Assembly: GCA_965218435.1 (NCBI GenBank)
Contig: CBDCKW010000009.1
Span: 2,432,001 to 2,496,000 of the forward strand
Length of the DNA: 64,000 nt
Source of the DNA: Truepera sp.
Lineage (GTDB): Bacteria > Deinococcota > Deinococci > Deinococcales > Trueperaceae
Reading direction: 5' to 3'
Made by a program: the position numbers and the translations under genes. This document shows positions 10,287 to 19,995 of this stretch, one piece after another. Within the stretch, counting starts at the first letter, position 1. Each line of letters opens with the position of its first letter. The notes under the pieces are model-generated. The model ran no database searches. It had not been told where the DNA came from and saw only the letters and a list, made by a program, of their open reading frames with translations.

Positions 10287-10450
10287 CTGGGTTTTATTGA
10301 CGTTCTAAAGTCAGCTGTAGTTGTTGGCGGCGCGTCGTAAAAAAGAAGCAAGAAAACGTCGGCCAGACGACGAATCCAGCGTTTCTTGCTTACTTATAGC
10401 GTGACGACAAGAGCCAACGTCAACGCAACCTGGTTTTTTAACCCGTCTTG

Positions 10451-11410
10451 TCAGGCCACCCGCTCGAGCTCCCTTTCCGCAAGGCCCACGAGCACAGCTT
10501 TTGCCGTAGACGCGGGGAAAACCTCGAGTGCAGCAAGCGCCGCCCGCGCTGAGCGTTCAATCTCAGCCTGAGCACCTTTGTCCGCGCCGTGTTCACGCAC
10601 GAGCGCGATCATCCGGGCGGTATCCCCAGCTTTAGACCCGTGACGGCGCAGGATGGTCCGCGCTTCGCTTACACCCGCGGTTAACAGCTCGAGCACTGCA
10701 AAGGTCGCTTTACCCTCGCGCAGGTCGCCGCCGACCGGTTTGCCGAGAACTTTCGCGTCACCTAAGAGGTCTAAGTAGTCGTCTTGCAGCTGAAACGCCC
10801 GCCCGTAATACATCCCGTAGTCGCGCAGCGCCCGCCGCTCGGCCTCCGGCGCGTGGGTTAAAAACGCGACGCCCTCGAGCGCCGCGGCAAAGAGCACCGC
10901 CGTCTTACCGTCAATAATCGTAAAGTAGTTGTCTAACGAATAGGTCTCTAACGTGGCCATCTCGAACTGGAGCACCTCCGCCTCACAGATACGCGCCGCG
11001 GTTTCCGACATCAGCTGCGTAAATGTGGGGCTTCCCGAACGCGCCAAAATGCCGAGCACCCGCGCGAGCATAAAGTCGCCCGACATCACGCTCACGACGT
11101 TGCCGTAACGCCTGAAGGCCGCGTCAACGCCGCGCCGAGTTTCGGCGTCGTCAATCAGGTCGTCGTGTAAGAGCGAGGCCGAGTGCAACAGTTCAACGGC
11201 GAGCGCGACCTGCAGCGCCTGTTCACGGCTCCCGCTTAAGAGTTGCCCAGCTAAAAACGCCAGACTCGGACGGAGCCGTTTGCCGCCCGCACCCGCGAGG
11301 TCTTCGCCGATCGCGTCAATAAAGTCCACCGATGAACGGAGTTCGGCGGCGAGCTGCGTTTCAAAATCGGCAAGGTCGGTTTTCAGGAATTCAAACACAG
11401 GTTCAGACAC
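10451..11410 (-). CDS. Polyprenyl diphosphate synthase
   Basis: GGKRLRP, LLHDDLID...RRG, FQLQDDYLD, GKPVGGDLREGK. Confidence 0.92.
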   Translation of the reverse strand: MSEPVFEFLKTDLADFETQLAAELRSSVDFIDAIGEDLAGAGGKRLRPSLAFLAGQLLSGSREQALQVALAVELLHSASLLHDDLIDDAETRRGVDAAFRRYGNVVSVMSGDFMLARVLGILARSGSPTFTQLMSETAARICEAEVLQFEMATLETYSLDNYFTIIDGKTAVLFAAALEGVAFLTHAPEAERRALRDYGMYYGRAFQLQDDYLDLLGDAKVLGKPVGGDLREGKATFAVLELLTAGVSEARTILRRHGSKAGDTARMIALVREHGADKGAQAEIERSARAALAALEVFPASTAKAVLVGLAERELERVA

Positions 11411-11516
11411 AGTTCAGTATAGAGGCTGAGGTGCGGCGCAACTCGTAGTGGCGGCTTCCGCTCGAGCTCGCCGGTAGACCGCTCGAGTCGGGACGAGCAA
11501 AAAGTCATACCGGTCA

Positions 11517-11545
11517 CAAAAATAGGAGGCCCCAAAGAACCTCCT
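11517..11545 (-). terminator. Likely intrinsic terminator of the lipoprotein pair
   Basis: AGGAGG/CCTCCT stem followed on the minus strand by ATTTTT. Confidence 0.5.
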
Positions 11546-11679
11546 GTAAAGGTAGCTTGCTCTAAGTAGCTGTACAGAAGTAAGCTAAACCAAGAAAGAT
11601 TGTAAAGCTTGTCTCAAACGCAAAAACTCTGCTCACACAGTTCAGGTTATTCAAGTTTAGGTTATTCAACCCGGAGCAC

Positions 11680-13782
11680 TTAGCGTACGACAACCGTCAC
11701 CAGCGCCCTGGACGTGTGATCTTTGCCGTCGCTGACCGTGTACTTAAAGGTATCGGTGCCGGTAAAGCCTTTTGGCGGCGTATAGATGATGTTGCGGCTG
11801 TCACGGGTAATTTCGATCTTGCCCCCGCGCCGTGGGGTGGTCGCGGCGATGATAGTAAGCGCCCGAACACCGGGTTTATCGTTCGCTAAAACGTCAAGCG
11901 TGACTTCTTGGTTCCGCGCGGCGCTTTTACGGTCATCTTTGGCGTGTACACCGCCGTTGTCGTTATCACCGTCGCCACTACCCCCGCCCCCGTTATTTGC
12001 GTCTGTAACGCTCACCGTAAGCGTATCCGTCACGGTACCCTTGTCGCTGCTGGCAGTAAGCGTCAGCGTATAACTTCCCGCAGCCTTAAAGGTCACTGTT
12101 GTATCTTCAGCCGTAGCATCGGCGAACAAAACAGCTGCCGCGTCGCCGTCTGTGACGCTCCACTGATACGTTACGGGGTCGCCTAGGTTTGAAGTGGACG
12201 CCCCTAGGTCTTGCGCTTCATTAACTGTGGCCGAACGAGGGTCTTCACCGTCAATGGCAACCGCCGGGTCTTGGTTGTTTCCGCCGTTGTCACCATCACC
12301 GCCACCGTTACCATCTACCGTTACCGTGATTGGCGGAGCAGTGGTAGCGGCTGAACCGTTCGCCGCGCTGAGCGTGTAAACAGTTGTTTCAGTTGGGATC
12401 ACGGTAAGCTGTTTGTCTTCGTCTGCGGTAACGTCAAAAGTGTCACCCTTGTCGGAGCTGATCGTTACTTTTGTCGTCGTACCACTGATTTCCCATGAGA
12501 GCGTTACCGGGTCACCGGAAGCCACCGAGGTGTCACTCGCCGTAAAGCTGGTGATGCTTGGAGCTGTAGGGTTGCCGTTACCGCCACCGCCACTACCGCC
12601 ACCGCCGTCACCACCTCCACCGTTACCATCACTACCTACAACGATCTCTACCGAGTCCGAGGCGGTGCCGCCTTTGCCGTCGGCTACGGTCACCGTTGCG
12701 GTGTAGCTGCCGTCTTCGGCGTAGGTGTGGCTCGCAGCGGGCGCACCTGCAGTCGTTTCACCGTCGCCAAAACTGTACAAATAGCTGACCTCATCGCCGT
12801 CTAGGTCGTTGGCACTCGCCGTAAAGCTGACGTTTAAGGGCGCTTGACCCGAGAGGGGCGCGGCTAACAAGCCGACCGTCGGAGCCCGGTTGGTAGTTCC
12901 ACCACCACTACCGTCGTCCGCACCACCGCCTGTTCCACCGCCGGTACCGCCACCACTGCTGGACGCTTCGGTAACCTGAAAGGTAGCGGTCGCTTGATTA
13001 GGGACGGAAACGCCGTTGACGGCTGTTAAAACTAGGGTATAAGCCCCGGCGGTCAGGGTCTCGGTCGTCGTAAAGCTGTTTGACGCGTCTGTAGTAATCG
13101 GTGTGCCGTTAAGCGTCGCGTCAAAACTTTTGATCCCTGTTTCCGAGTCGGAAGCTGAACCGCTCAGGGTGATGAGGTCGGTGCTCGAGTACGGCGCACC
13201 GTCTCCCCCACTGACCGAAACGCTGAGGTTGGGGCGGCTCCCGTCAATTTGCAACGTAAGCGGCGCGGACTCTTTGGTCTGCCCTGAAGAGTCCGTCGCT
13301 ACTGCACGTAACTGTGTGCTGAGCATTCCGCTGGGGGTTCCCTGCAGCTGTAACGACTGACCACTGCCCGGTTTAGGAAAAATAAAGGGGTTTTTGAACG
13401 CGATCCCATCTTCAGCTTTGCTGCGCGTGCCGATGAGCGCGCCGTCTTGAAACAGTTGCACCGTCTCAACGTTCCTTTCGTCGGAGGCGACGACGTAAAC
13501 CGACAGCGGATTTTCGCTCGTTTGGCCCGATACCGGGTCAAAGAGGCTCGAGGCCGCGACGGTAACCGGGCCACCTCCAGGTTTGAGCAAGTTAGCGGAG
13601 TCATAGTTCGTACCTACCGAGCCTCCACCCGCGCCACCCGACTCAGGGGCTTGCTGGGTGGCGAGCAGCGGGCCGGAAATCCGGGTGATAGCTACGTCGG
13701 GTTCGGTGTCGGCAGTTTGGGTACGTGTCCCGCACGATACGAGTAACGCTACACTCAGGCAAAAGAGGAGAGGTTTTTTCAT
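11680..13782 (-). CDS. Surface lipoprotein with Ig-like, PKD and C-terminal cadherin-like/Big domains separated by Gly-rich linkers
   Basis: Lipobox LVSC, PKD motif YSFGDG...SHTYAEDGSYTATVTVADGKG, C-terminal LDVLAND...YTPPKGFTGTDTFKYTVSDG. Confidence 0.8.
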   Translation of the reverse strand: MKKPLLFCLSVALLVSCGTRTQTADTEPDVAITRISGPLLATQQAPESGGAGGGSVGTNYDSANLLKPGGGPVTVAASSLFDPVSGQTSENPLSVYVVASDERNVETVQLFQDGALIGTRSKAEDGIAFKNPFIFPKPGSGQSLQLQGTPSGMLSTQLRAVATDSSGQTKESAPLTLQIDGSRPNLSVSVSGGDGAPYSSTDLITLSGSASDSETGIKSFDATLNGTPITTDASNSFTTTETLTAGAYTLVLTAVNGVSVPNQATATFQVTEASSSGGGTGGGTGGGADDGSGGGTTNRAPTVGLLAAPLSGQAPLNVSFTASANDLDGDEVSYLYSFGDGETTAGAPAASHTYAEDGSYTATVTVADGKGGTASDSVEIVVGSDGNGGGGDGGGGSGGGGNGNPTAPSITSFTASDTSVASGDPVTLSWEISGTTTKVTISSDKGDTFDVTADEDKQLTVIPTETTVYTLSAANGSAATTAPPITVTVDGNGGGDGDNGGNNQDPAVAIDGEDPRSATVNEAQDLGASTSNLGDPVTYQWSVTDGDAAAVLFADATAEDTTVTFKAAGSYTLTLTASSDKGTVTDTLTVSVTDANNGGGGSGDGDNDNGGVHAKDDRKSAARNQEVTLDVLANDKPGVRALTIIAATTPRRGGKIEITRDSRNIIYTPPKGFTGTDTFKYTVSDGKDHTSRALVTVVVR

Positions 13783-14369
13783 TGTCCTCGTACCGGAGTC
13801 GCAATAGCGAACTGATGAGGCTCACTGACAAAGGGTCGTTGGACATCATCCGTACCGTAAAAGGTCACCTTGGCAGTTGCACCGACCGCCCCACCAACCG
13901 TAACTAGTTTCTGGAGCTGGATGGCAATATCCCCAGCTAACATAACCGTAGGAGCTGAATCTACAGACTCACCACGAGCAAAAACAACCCCTGGCGTGTT
14001 GACCGTACATTCGTCAACTTGACCTTCCGGTGTAGGCGGGCAGCGGATTCCAGGGGGAACGTGGACATTTAGCGTTCCTTCAGAATACTGAACCGAATCA
14101 CCGGGAAAGGCGTTGTTGCCGCTCGAGTCGAAATACTCGACGTGATAGCCCTCAACCGTTGCGCCAATTGAGCCAGCCTTACTATTGAAGGTCAAGATGT
14201 GTGACGGTATCGTGATCTTGCCCTGGTCGTCAGTTTCCCATCCAAGTGGATTAGGAGTGAGAGCAACATCAAAACCATACGTGTTGGCGCTAACGCCGCG
14301 ACTGCACGCGCTTAAGAGTGTGAGAATAACGAGAGCTGCACCGAGTAAAGCTATCTGAACGTTCTTCAT
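13779..14369 (-). CDS. Hypothetical lipoprotein
   Basis: Signal peptide with LSAC lipobox, beta-rich body, 4-nt overlap with the downstream lipoprotein. Confidence 0.75.
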   Translation of the reverse strand: MKNVQIALLGAALVILTLLSACSRGVSANTYGFDVALTPNPLGWETDDQGKITIPSHILTFNSKAGSIGATVEGYHVEYFDSSGNNAFPGDSVQYSEGTLNVHVPPGIRCPPTPEGQVDECTVNTPGVVFARGESVDSAPTVMLAGDIAIQLQKLVTVGGAVGATAKVTFYGTDDVQRPFVSEPHQFAIATPVRGQ

Positions 14370-14579
14370 AGCGTTCAGGATAGGCGGAGCCGGGATAGTT
14401 TACTGGCAAAGTATTACAACCAATTTGCAGCGCTTTGTCAGCAGAGTTCTGAGCAGACGCTGGGAATACTCAAAGCAAATCCACCCACGTTCTTTTTTCT
14501 CGTGCAGGACAAGGTTCAATTAGCGCGAGGCTTTTTGTTTCGGGTTCAGTAACTACGGCGGAGCTTATTTTCTAAAAAA

Positions 14580-14597
14580 GTGTGAAAAAATTGACAC
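14580..14597. promoter_or_regulatory. Putative Rex operator
   Basis: GTGTGAA-AAAA-TTGACAC versus Rex consensus TTGTGAA-W4-TTCACAA (one mismatch in the inner 16 bp), 8 bp from the rex stop codon. Confidence 0.55.
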
Positions 14598-14605
14598 CGT
14601 AAAAA

Positions 14606-15247
14606 TTAGGCTAATTCTTCGCGGAGTTGCGGGTTCAAAATGTAGAACGACAGGCGTTTGAGGCCCGCCATAAAGTCCACGGGTTCGACGTGAACTTCTT
14701 TGGGAACTTCTAAAATCGTCGGCGCAAAGTTCAAGATACCGCGGACACCTGCCCGTACGAGCGCGTCGGCGGCGTCTTGGGCGGCTGTTTGCGGCACCGT
14801 AATCAGGCCGATGTCAATTCCTTTTTCGCGTACGACTTTGGGAAGGTCATCTACGTGACTTATCTTGACTCCAGCGATCTCTTGACCCACCTTGTTCGGG
14901 TCAATGTCAAACACGCCTTTAACTGAAAAATCGTAGTCGCCGAAGTTCGGATAGTTGAGGATCGCTTCGCCGAGCCGCCCTACCCCGACAATCGCCGCAC
15001 TCCAAGGCCGAGTTAACCCCAAAATGCGGCGCAGTTCACGGCGCAGCGTCGGAACGGTGTACCCCGCCCCACGCGTGCCGAAACGCCCGAAGTAGGCCAG
15101 GTCTTTGCGGACCTGAAAGGCTGAGACCTGCGCTTCGTCGGCGAGGTGCTCGGACGAAGTTTTTTTAATGCCTTGCGCCTCGAGCTTCGCCAGAATACGC
15201 AGGTAAGTAACTAAACGGCTGACCGTCGCGGTCGGAACAGACGACAT
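14606..15247 (-). CDS. rex: Redox-sensing transcriptional repressor Rex
   Basis: RLVTYLRIL, FQVRKDLAYFGRFGTRGAGY, IVGVGRLG, GILNFAP. Confidence 0.96.
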   Translation of the reverse strand: MSSVPTATVSRLVTYLRILAKLEAQGIKKTSSEHLADEAQVSAFQVRKDLAYFGRFGTRGAGYTVPTLRRELRRILGLTRPWSAAIVGVGRLGEAILNYPNFGDYDFSVKGVFDIDPNKVGQEIAGVKISHVDDLPKVVREKGIDIGLITVPQTAAQDAADALVRAGVRGILNFAPTILEVPKEVHVEPVDFMAGLKRLSFYILNPQLREELA

Positions 15248-16483
15248 TTAGGGGATAACCGGAAACGAATCAGTAACGCCTTGGGCGGCTAGGCGTTGTT
15301 GGGCTTGGGTAAGCTGCGCCGCGCCAAAGGGACCCACGAAGAGACGAACCAAACCGCTGTCCGACACACTCTGAGTAACGTTAAAGCCGAGCGCCCCGAG
15401 CTGCCCTCGTAGCGGCTGAGCACTCTTGGCCGAGGCAAACGCGCCGACCTGTAGGTAACGCTGCGCCGTCGTGGTAGCCGGGTTCGCCTCTGGGGTCGTT
15501 GCTGGCGTCGCGCTAAGTGCGCCGCTATCTCCTGCGTTAGCGTTCGTGTTGGCGCTGGCACCGGTATTTGCACCGTTGTCAGCAGTAGCAGTGGACGACG
15601 TACCCGCGCTCCCTGCACTCGAGCCCGCATCTGAAGCACGCCCTACGCTCGCGGTTTCGTTCCCGGACAGCACGTTATTTGGAGCATTATTGTCAGGAGC
15701 AGTTGCAGAACTCCCGGTGTCGGGAGCACTGTTTCCAGAAGCAGCGTCGGGACCGCTATAGGTATAAACCAGCGCGTCGGAGACTACATTGTCAGCGATC
15801 AGGCGCGAGGCGACGCGTTCGGCTCCGTCTCTAGTGGCGTAGGGGCCGATCCAGAGAAGGTAGAGGTCGTTTTGCTGCTCGACCGTAACGGTGTAGCCAG
15901 CCTCCCGGTAACTCTCGGCGAGGCCCACAGCGGCGTCTCTCGAGTCCACCGCACCGGCTGCAACTCTAAAACCACCGTCTTGCACAGCTTCCGGCAACGG
16001 CCCGCCGCCTGCTGAGGTACCACCTTGGGTTTGGTTGGTACTGTTTTGGGTGACGCCACTTTGCGTGGCTCCTGTCTGTGTTCCAGCCGCGTTAGCGGGC
16101 GCACCCGGCTGGGCCTGCCCTACCGAGGTATCAGAAACGGCGTTGGGTCGTCCACCGGGAACGCCGGGGACGAAAACGTCAACTCCGCCGTCAGTGGTGT
16201 CCGAACCCGTACCGGCGGTGTCGGTACCGCCGGTGCTATTTGCACCCGCATTGGAGTTATTCGTACCGGTATTCGTAGTGCCGGAGTTGTTTGAAGCTGG
16301 GGTTTGGGACGGGGTGTTCGGTGAGGAGGTCGTATCGGTGATGGCAAGCTCGGGTGGGTTACCCCGCCGCACAAGTGAAGCGAGCGAACCGCCGCTAAGC
16401 AGCGTCACGACAATCAGCGCAACCACTGCGACGAGCGCCACGCCGATAATCAGGTCGGGCCAATTGCGTCGTAACCAGTCCAT
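15248..16483 (-). CDS. Membrane-anchored SPOR-domain protein (two SPOR repeats, low-complexity linkers)
   Basis: N-terminal TM (MDWLRRNWPDLIIGVAL), FRVAAGA...LLWIGPY and YLQVGAF...RLFVGPF repeats. Confidence 0.85.
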   Translation of the reverse strand: MDWLRRNWPDLIIGVALVAVVALIVVTLLSGGSLASLVRRGNPPELAITDTTSSPNTPSQTPASNNSGTTNTGTNNSNAGANSTGGTDTAGTGSDTTDGGVDVFVPGVPGGRPNAVSDTSVGQAQPGAPANAAGTQTGATQSGVTQNSTNQTQGGTSAGGGPLPEAVQDGGFRVAAGAVDSRDAAVGLAESYREAGYTVTVEQQNDLYLLWIGPYATRDGAERVASRLIADNVVSDALVYTYSGPDAASGNSAPDTGSSATAPDNNAPNNVLSGNETASVGRASDAGSSAGSAGTSSTATADNGANTGASANTNANAGDSGALSATPATTPEANPATTTAQRYLQVGAFASAKSAQPLRGQLGALGFNVTQSVSDSGLVRLFVGPFGAAQLTQAQQRLAAQGVTDSFPVIP

Positions 16484-16785
16484 GCGCCTATTGTAAGGCT
16501 AAACCACCGCTGTTAGTGAAGACTCACATGAGTAAGTGGCTGTCTTTACGCCTTATGTAACAGGTATTATCCAGTTCGAGCCACTCTGACGTGAGCAAAA
16601 TCCAGTCTGACACACACGTTTTGAGATAAAGGTCAGCTGCCCCTATGACGTGAAACCCTCCGCAGAGCCAGAATCATATGAGCGAGAATCTGACTCAGTA
16701 AGTACGGGGACCGCTGTAGTCGTGTGAGACGATCCCTCGAGTCCCCCTTTAGTAGCTGAACCGGGACGGAAGCGGCTGGTTGAAG

Positions 16786-18474
16786 TTACTGCGTGTACTC
16801 GGTTAGGGCTGTTTGCGCCGCCTCAAAACCGAGGTCGGACGCCGTGGTCCAAGCCGACTGTGCGCCCTCAAGCTGTCCCTGCGAATAGCGTGCCCAACCC
16901 AAGTTGTAAAACGCTTCGGCGTCTTCAGGATTTTGCTGGGTGAGGAGCGTATAGACGCTTTCGGCGTCGGCGTAGCGTTCAGTTGCCAGGTACGCGGCTC
17001 CCAGGTTCAGGCGTGCGTCTGGGTTGTCCGGGCTTAAGCTGACCGCGCGTTCGTAAAACGAAGTCGCTTCGGTGTAGTCGCCCTGCTGATAGTATGCTAA
17101 CCCGGCCCAGAGCTGTGCCTGCGCGTCGTTAGGCCGCGCCTCAGCGACCTCTTGCAGCGCGATCAGTGCGCCCCGGTAATTGCCCTCGCGGTAGAGGGCG
17201 CGGCCGGTGATCGCAGCCGCGTCGAGACGTAAGGGTTGAGCTTTTAGGCGGCTCCGGGCAGCTTCCGCGGTACGCTGCGCGTCGGCGGGTTGCCCCAGCT
17301 GGTCATACGCGGTGGCAAGCGCCAAAAAGACCTCACCACTGGCCCTGCCCTGCGCACGTTCGGCAGCGAGAGCATTTTGTAGCGGAACGAGTGCCCGCCC
17401 CGGCTGACCGCTCTCCAGGTAACTGACGCCCAGGTTGTAAAACGCGCTCCCCGATTCGGGCGTTAGTTTCGCAGCGGCAGCGAACGCACGCGCGGCAGCG
17501 GCGTTACGGCCTAAGCTGCGGCGGAGTAACCCGAGTTGTAAGAGGATGTCCGACTCGGCTTGTGCGTTACCGCTCTGGGCCGCGCGGCGCTGCGCCCGGT
17601 TCAGTGCGGCGAGCGCGTAATCGGTCTGTTTGGCCCCCAGGTAAATGTTGGCGATTAAGGTACTGGCTTGATAGTCGCCAGCCTCGAGCGTCGTCAAGGC
17701 CGGAAGCGCCTCGAGCCCCCGCCCGGCCCGGTACAGGGCTTCACTCTGGGCCATCACGAGTTCAGGCGTCCGTTTGGAGAGGTTCATCGCTGCGCCGTAG
17801 GCTTCAGCGGCCTCGTCAAAGCGGCCTAAAACCTCGAGCTGACCCGCCAACCCTAGCTGCGCACTCGCCCGCACCGCACGCCCCGCTTCGGGCGACGCCT
17901 GCACGAGCGCCTCTTGAAACGCGGCCACGGCCTCTTCGCTGCGCCGCAGCTGTGCGAGCGTCACCGCACGGTTAAAGTGCCCGTCAAAGCGTTCGGGAAA
18001 AAGCCGCGTGACCTCACTGAATTCAAAGAGCGCGGCGCGGTAGTTGGCCCGGTTAAACTCGGCGAGTCCCAAACCAAAGTGCGCGTCGGCCGACATGTAG
18101 TCGAGCGACACCGCCTCTAAGAAGTTTTGCTTGGCACGGTCAAAGTCGCCGACCTCGAGCCTCAGCTCACCCAAATCGAGCCAAAGGTTGAGGTTGTCGG
18201 GTTCGCGCCCCAGCTTTGTCTGCAAGTTGCTCAGGCGAGCCGCCAACTCAGCGGGCCACTCAGACACGGGCGGTACCGGCGGGCGCTTACTCTGGTCGGT
18301 TTGCGGCGCAGGCAGCGCAGGCTGAGCGTTTTCTTGTGGCGTGGACGCAGTTTGAGGTTGGGTCTGAGGCGTCGGCGCTGTTTGGGCCGACGCGAGCGTG
18401 ACGGGCAACGCGAACGACCAGACAGCAACCACAAACGTCAGGGAGAGGCTGGGTAGATTCATAGTTAGCCGCAT
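16786..18474 (-). CDS. Secreted tetratricopeptide-repeat protein
   Basis: Signal peptide and repeated TPR motifs (AHFGLGLA, AFYNLGVSY, ARLNLGAAY). Start could be 18462. Confidence 0.85.
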   Translation of the reverse strand: MRLTMNLPSLSLTFVVAVWSFALPVTLASAQTAPTPQTQPQTASTPQENAQPALPAPQTDQSKRPPVPPVSEWPAELAARLSNLQTKLGREPDNLNLWLDLGELRLEVGDFDRAKQNFLEAVSLDYMSADAHFGLGLAEFNRANYRAALFEFSEVTRLFPERFDGHFNRAVTLAQLRRSEEAVAAFQEALVQASPEAGRAVRASAQLGLAGQLEVLGRFDEAAEAYGAAMNLSKRTPELVMAQSEALYRAGRGLEALPALTTLEAGDYQASTLIANIYLGAKQTDYALAALNRAQRRAAQSGNAQAESDILLQLGLLRRSLGRNAAAARAFAAAAKLTPESGSAFYNLGVSYLESGQPGRALVPLQNALAAERAQGRASGEVFLALATAYDQLGQPADAQRTAEAARSRLKAQPLRLDAAAITGRALYREGNYRGALIALQEVAEARPNDAQAQLWAGLAYYQQGDYTEATSFYERAVSLSPDNPDARLNLGAAYLATERYADAESVYTLLTQQNPEDAEAFYNLGWARYSQGQLEGAQSAWTTASDLGFEAAQTALTEYTQ

Positions 18475-18602
18475 GGTAAGACGTGAGCACAGACGCTGAT
18501 GTTAAATCGCGTACCTAGCTGCGCTTTGGCAGCTGACAGCGTATAAAATTCGTCATTGTGAGGCTGCCTGTTATCTACAGGACAGCCCGTTAGGACGCCG
18601 AC

Positions 18603-19553
18603 ATGAACCGCCATAAATTGTTGCTCCTCATGTGCGCGTTCTGCTGTAGTGCCGTAGCCGAGTCGCCTAATCGCGCAACGGTTCAGGTGAGCACAGTTCA
18701 GAGTGACCACCAACCCGCTATAGTTTCTGCTCAAACGAACCTTCCGGCAGCTCAAAAGGAAGACCCCGAAGTCTTTACCAGGTGCCGCGACGGAGCAGGC
18801 GCGTACTATCAGATGTTTACTCGAGAAGAGGATGACACGGGTGCGCCTTACACCTATATCTCAGCTGATGTGTACGTCGGCGGAGGGGATACCAAAAGCA
18901 TCAAGATTACGGACCCCGGCAAAGAGGTCGCGTTTGCTTTTCTCGGCGGGAACGGCACTGATGGCTGGTGGGTTGACGCGGGTTTACAGTACAGCCCGCG
19001 AGTCAAAGATTGGTCGCTGTTCTTTTGGGACAAAGGCAAAGCGCAGGAGGTCAGGGGCAAGCCTTTTACCTTCCAGAGAAAAGCTACGCCCACGCTTACC
19101 CCGCAAAGCCGCTTTGCGCCAGATCAGACCATCAAGCTCGAGCTGTTCATCCCCCAAAAAGCCGTGCTCGGTGCGCGTACACCTATGGACAACCGCGTCG
19201 CCGTCATTGCTCGCGGTAGACAGCGGGACAGAGATGGTGTGCGCGGCAAAGCGCAGGTGCAGCGTTACGTCTTCGAGGTGCCGAGTGGTTGGCCGAGGAG
19301 CGGTAGGGCGGACGGGCGCGGTATCAATTTGCGTTACACCGCCAGCCTCGCCCAAGTCGGTAAGGTAGACCTGAGCACAGGTTCTTATTTCAAGGGAACG
19401 CGTATCACGAACGTCTATGTGGGCTCGAGCTACGCCACCAAAAGGCCGCTGAGACAGAGCGATATGGCCAGCCTTTGCAGCTCGCCAAACGACCAAGTTG
19501 CAAAACTGCAGGATGGTGCGATTAGTATTGACTACCGTCCGAAGGTTGAGTAG
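18603..19553 (+). CDS. Secreted hypothetical protein, possibly YrpD-like
   Basis: Signal peptide, beta-rich sequence, VDAGLQYS motif recalling Bacillus YrpD (from memory, unverified). Confidence 0.55.
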   Translation: MNRHKLLLLMCAFCCSAVAESPNRATVQVSTVQSDHQPAIVSAQTNLPAAQKEDPEVFTRCRDGAGAYYQMFTREEDDTGAPYTYISADVYVGGGDTKSIKITDPGKEVAFAFLGGNGTDGWWVDAGLQYSPRVKDWSLFFWDKGKAQEVRGKPFTFQRKATPTLTPQSRFAPDQTIKLELFIPQKAVLGARTPMDNRVAVIARGRQRDRDGVRGKAQVQRYVFEVPSGWPRSGRADGRGINLRYTASLAQVGKVDLSTGSYFKGTRITNVYVGSSYATKRPLRQSDMASLCSSPNDQVAKLQDGAISIDYRPKVE

Positions 19554-19704
19554 CCAGCAAGCTTCAGATTTCGCGCTAACTTCTAAAATATAGCCGTACA
19601 ACCGGTACAGCACCGCTAAAAATGAGCCTAAAATCAGCGAAAGACTGCACAGTGCTTAAGGACACGCACCGCTAGGCTAAATGAGTCCAAAGGGGGGACA
19701 AACT

Positions 19705-19911
19705 ATGTCAGCACAAACAGGTACAGACGATAAAATGTACAACCTGGTGAGCGTGCTCTACCACGCTCTTGAGGGTGCCTCGACGTATCAGCAGTACGCG
19801 GGTGACGCCAGCGGGGACAGCGAACTCGCCGACTTTTTTAGGGAAGCTCAGCAGCAACAGCAGCAGTTAGCAGAACGTGCCAAAGAAGTGTTAAAGCAGC
19901 AGCTTGGCTGA
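19705..19911 (+). CDS. Small conserved helical hypothetical protein (half ferritin-like)
   Basis: RBS GGGGGA before ATG 19705, YNLVSVLYHALEGASTYQQY..DA...ELADFF, own terminator. Confidence 0.75.
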   Translation: MSAQTGTDDKMYNLVSVLYHALEGASTYQQYAGDASGDSELADFFREAQQQQQQLAERAKEVLKQQLG

Positions 19912-19942
19912 GCTACAAGTTTAAGCTAACGCTCTATATGTC

Positions 19943-19968
19943 ACAGCTCCGAAAATCGGAGCTGTTTT
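19943..19968. terminator. Intrinsic terminator between convergent genes
   Basis: ACAGCTCCGA-AAA-TCGGAGCTGT followed by TTT. Confidence 0.75.
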
Positions 19969-19995
19969 CGTTATCGGGTTTCTGGCCCTAAAAGC

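Noticed and set aside
11645..11669. Direct repeat GGTTATTCAA twice just after the lipoprotein stop codon
   Set aside because: Short and far from any start codon, most likely slippage
11990..12960. Gly/Asn-rich CCACCG-type repeats, also low-complexity runs in the SPOR gene
   Set aside because: These are protein linker codons, not CRISPR or DNA repeats, and there is no constant repeat-spacer period
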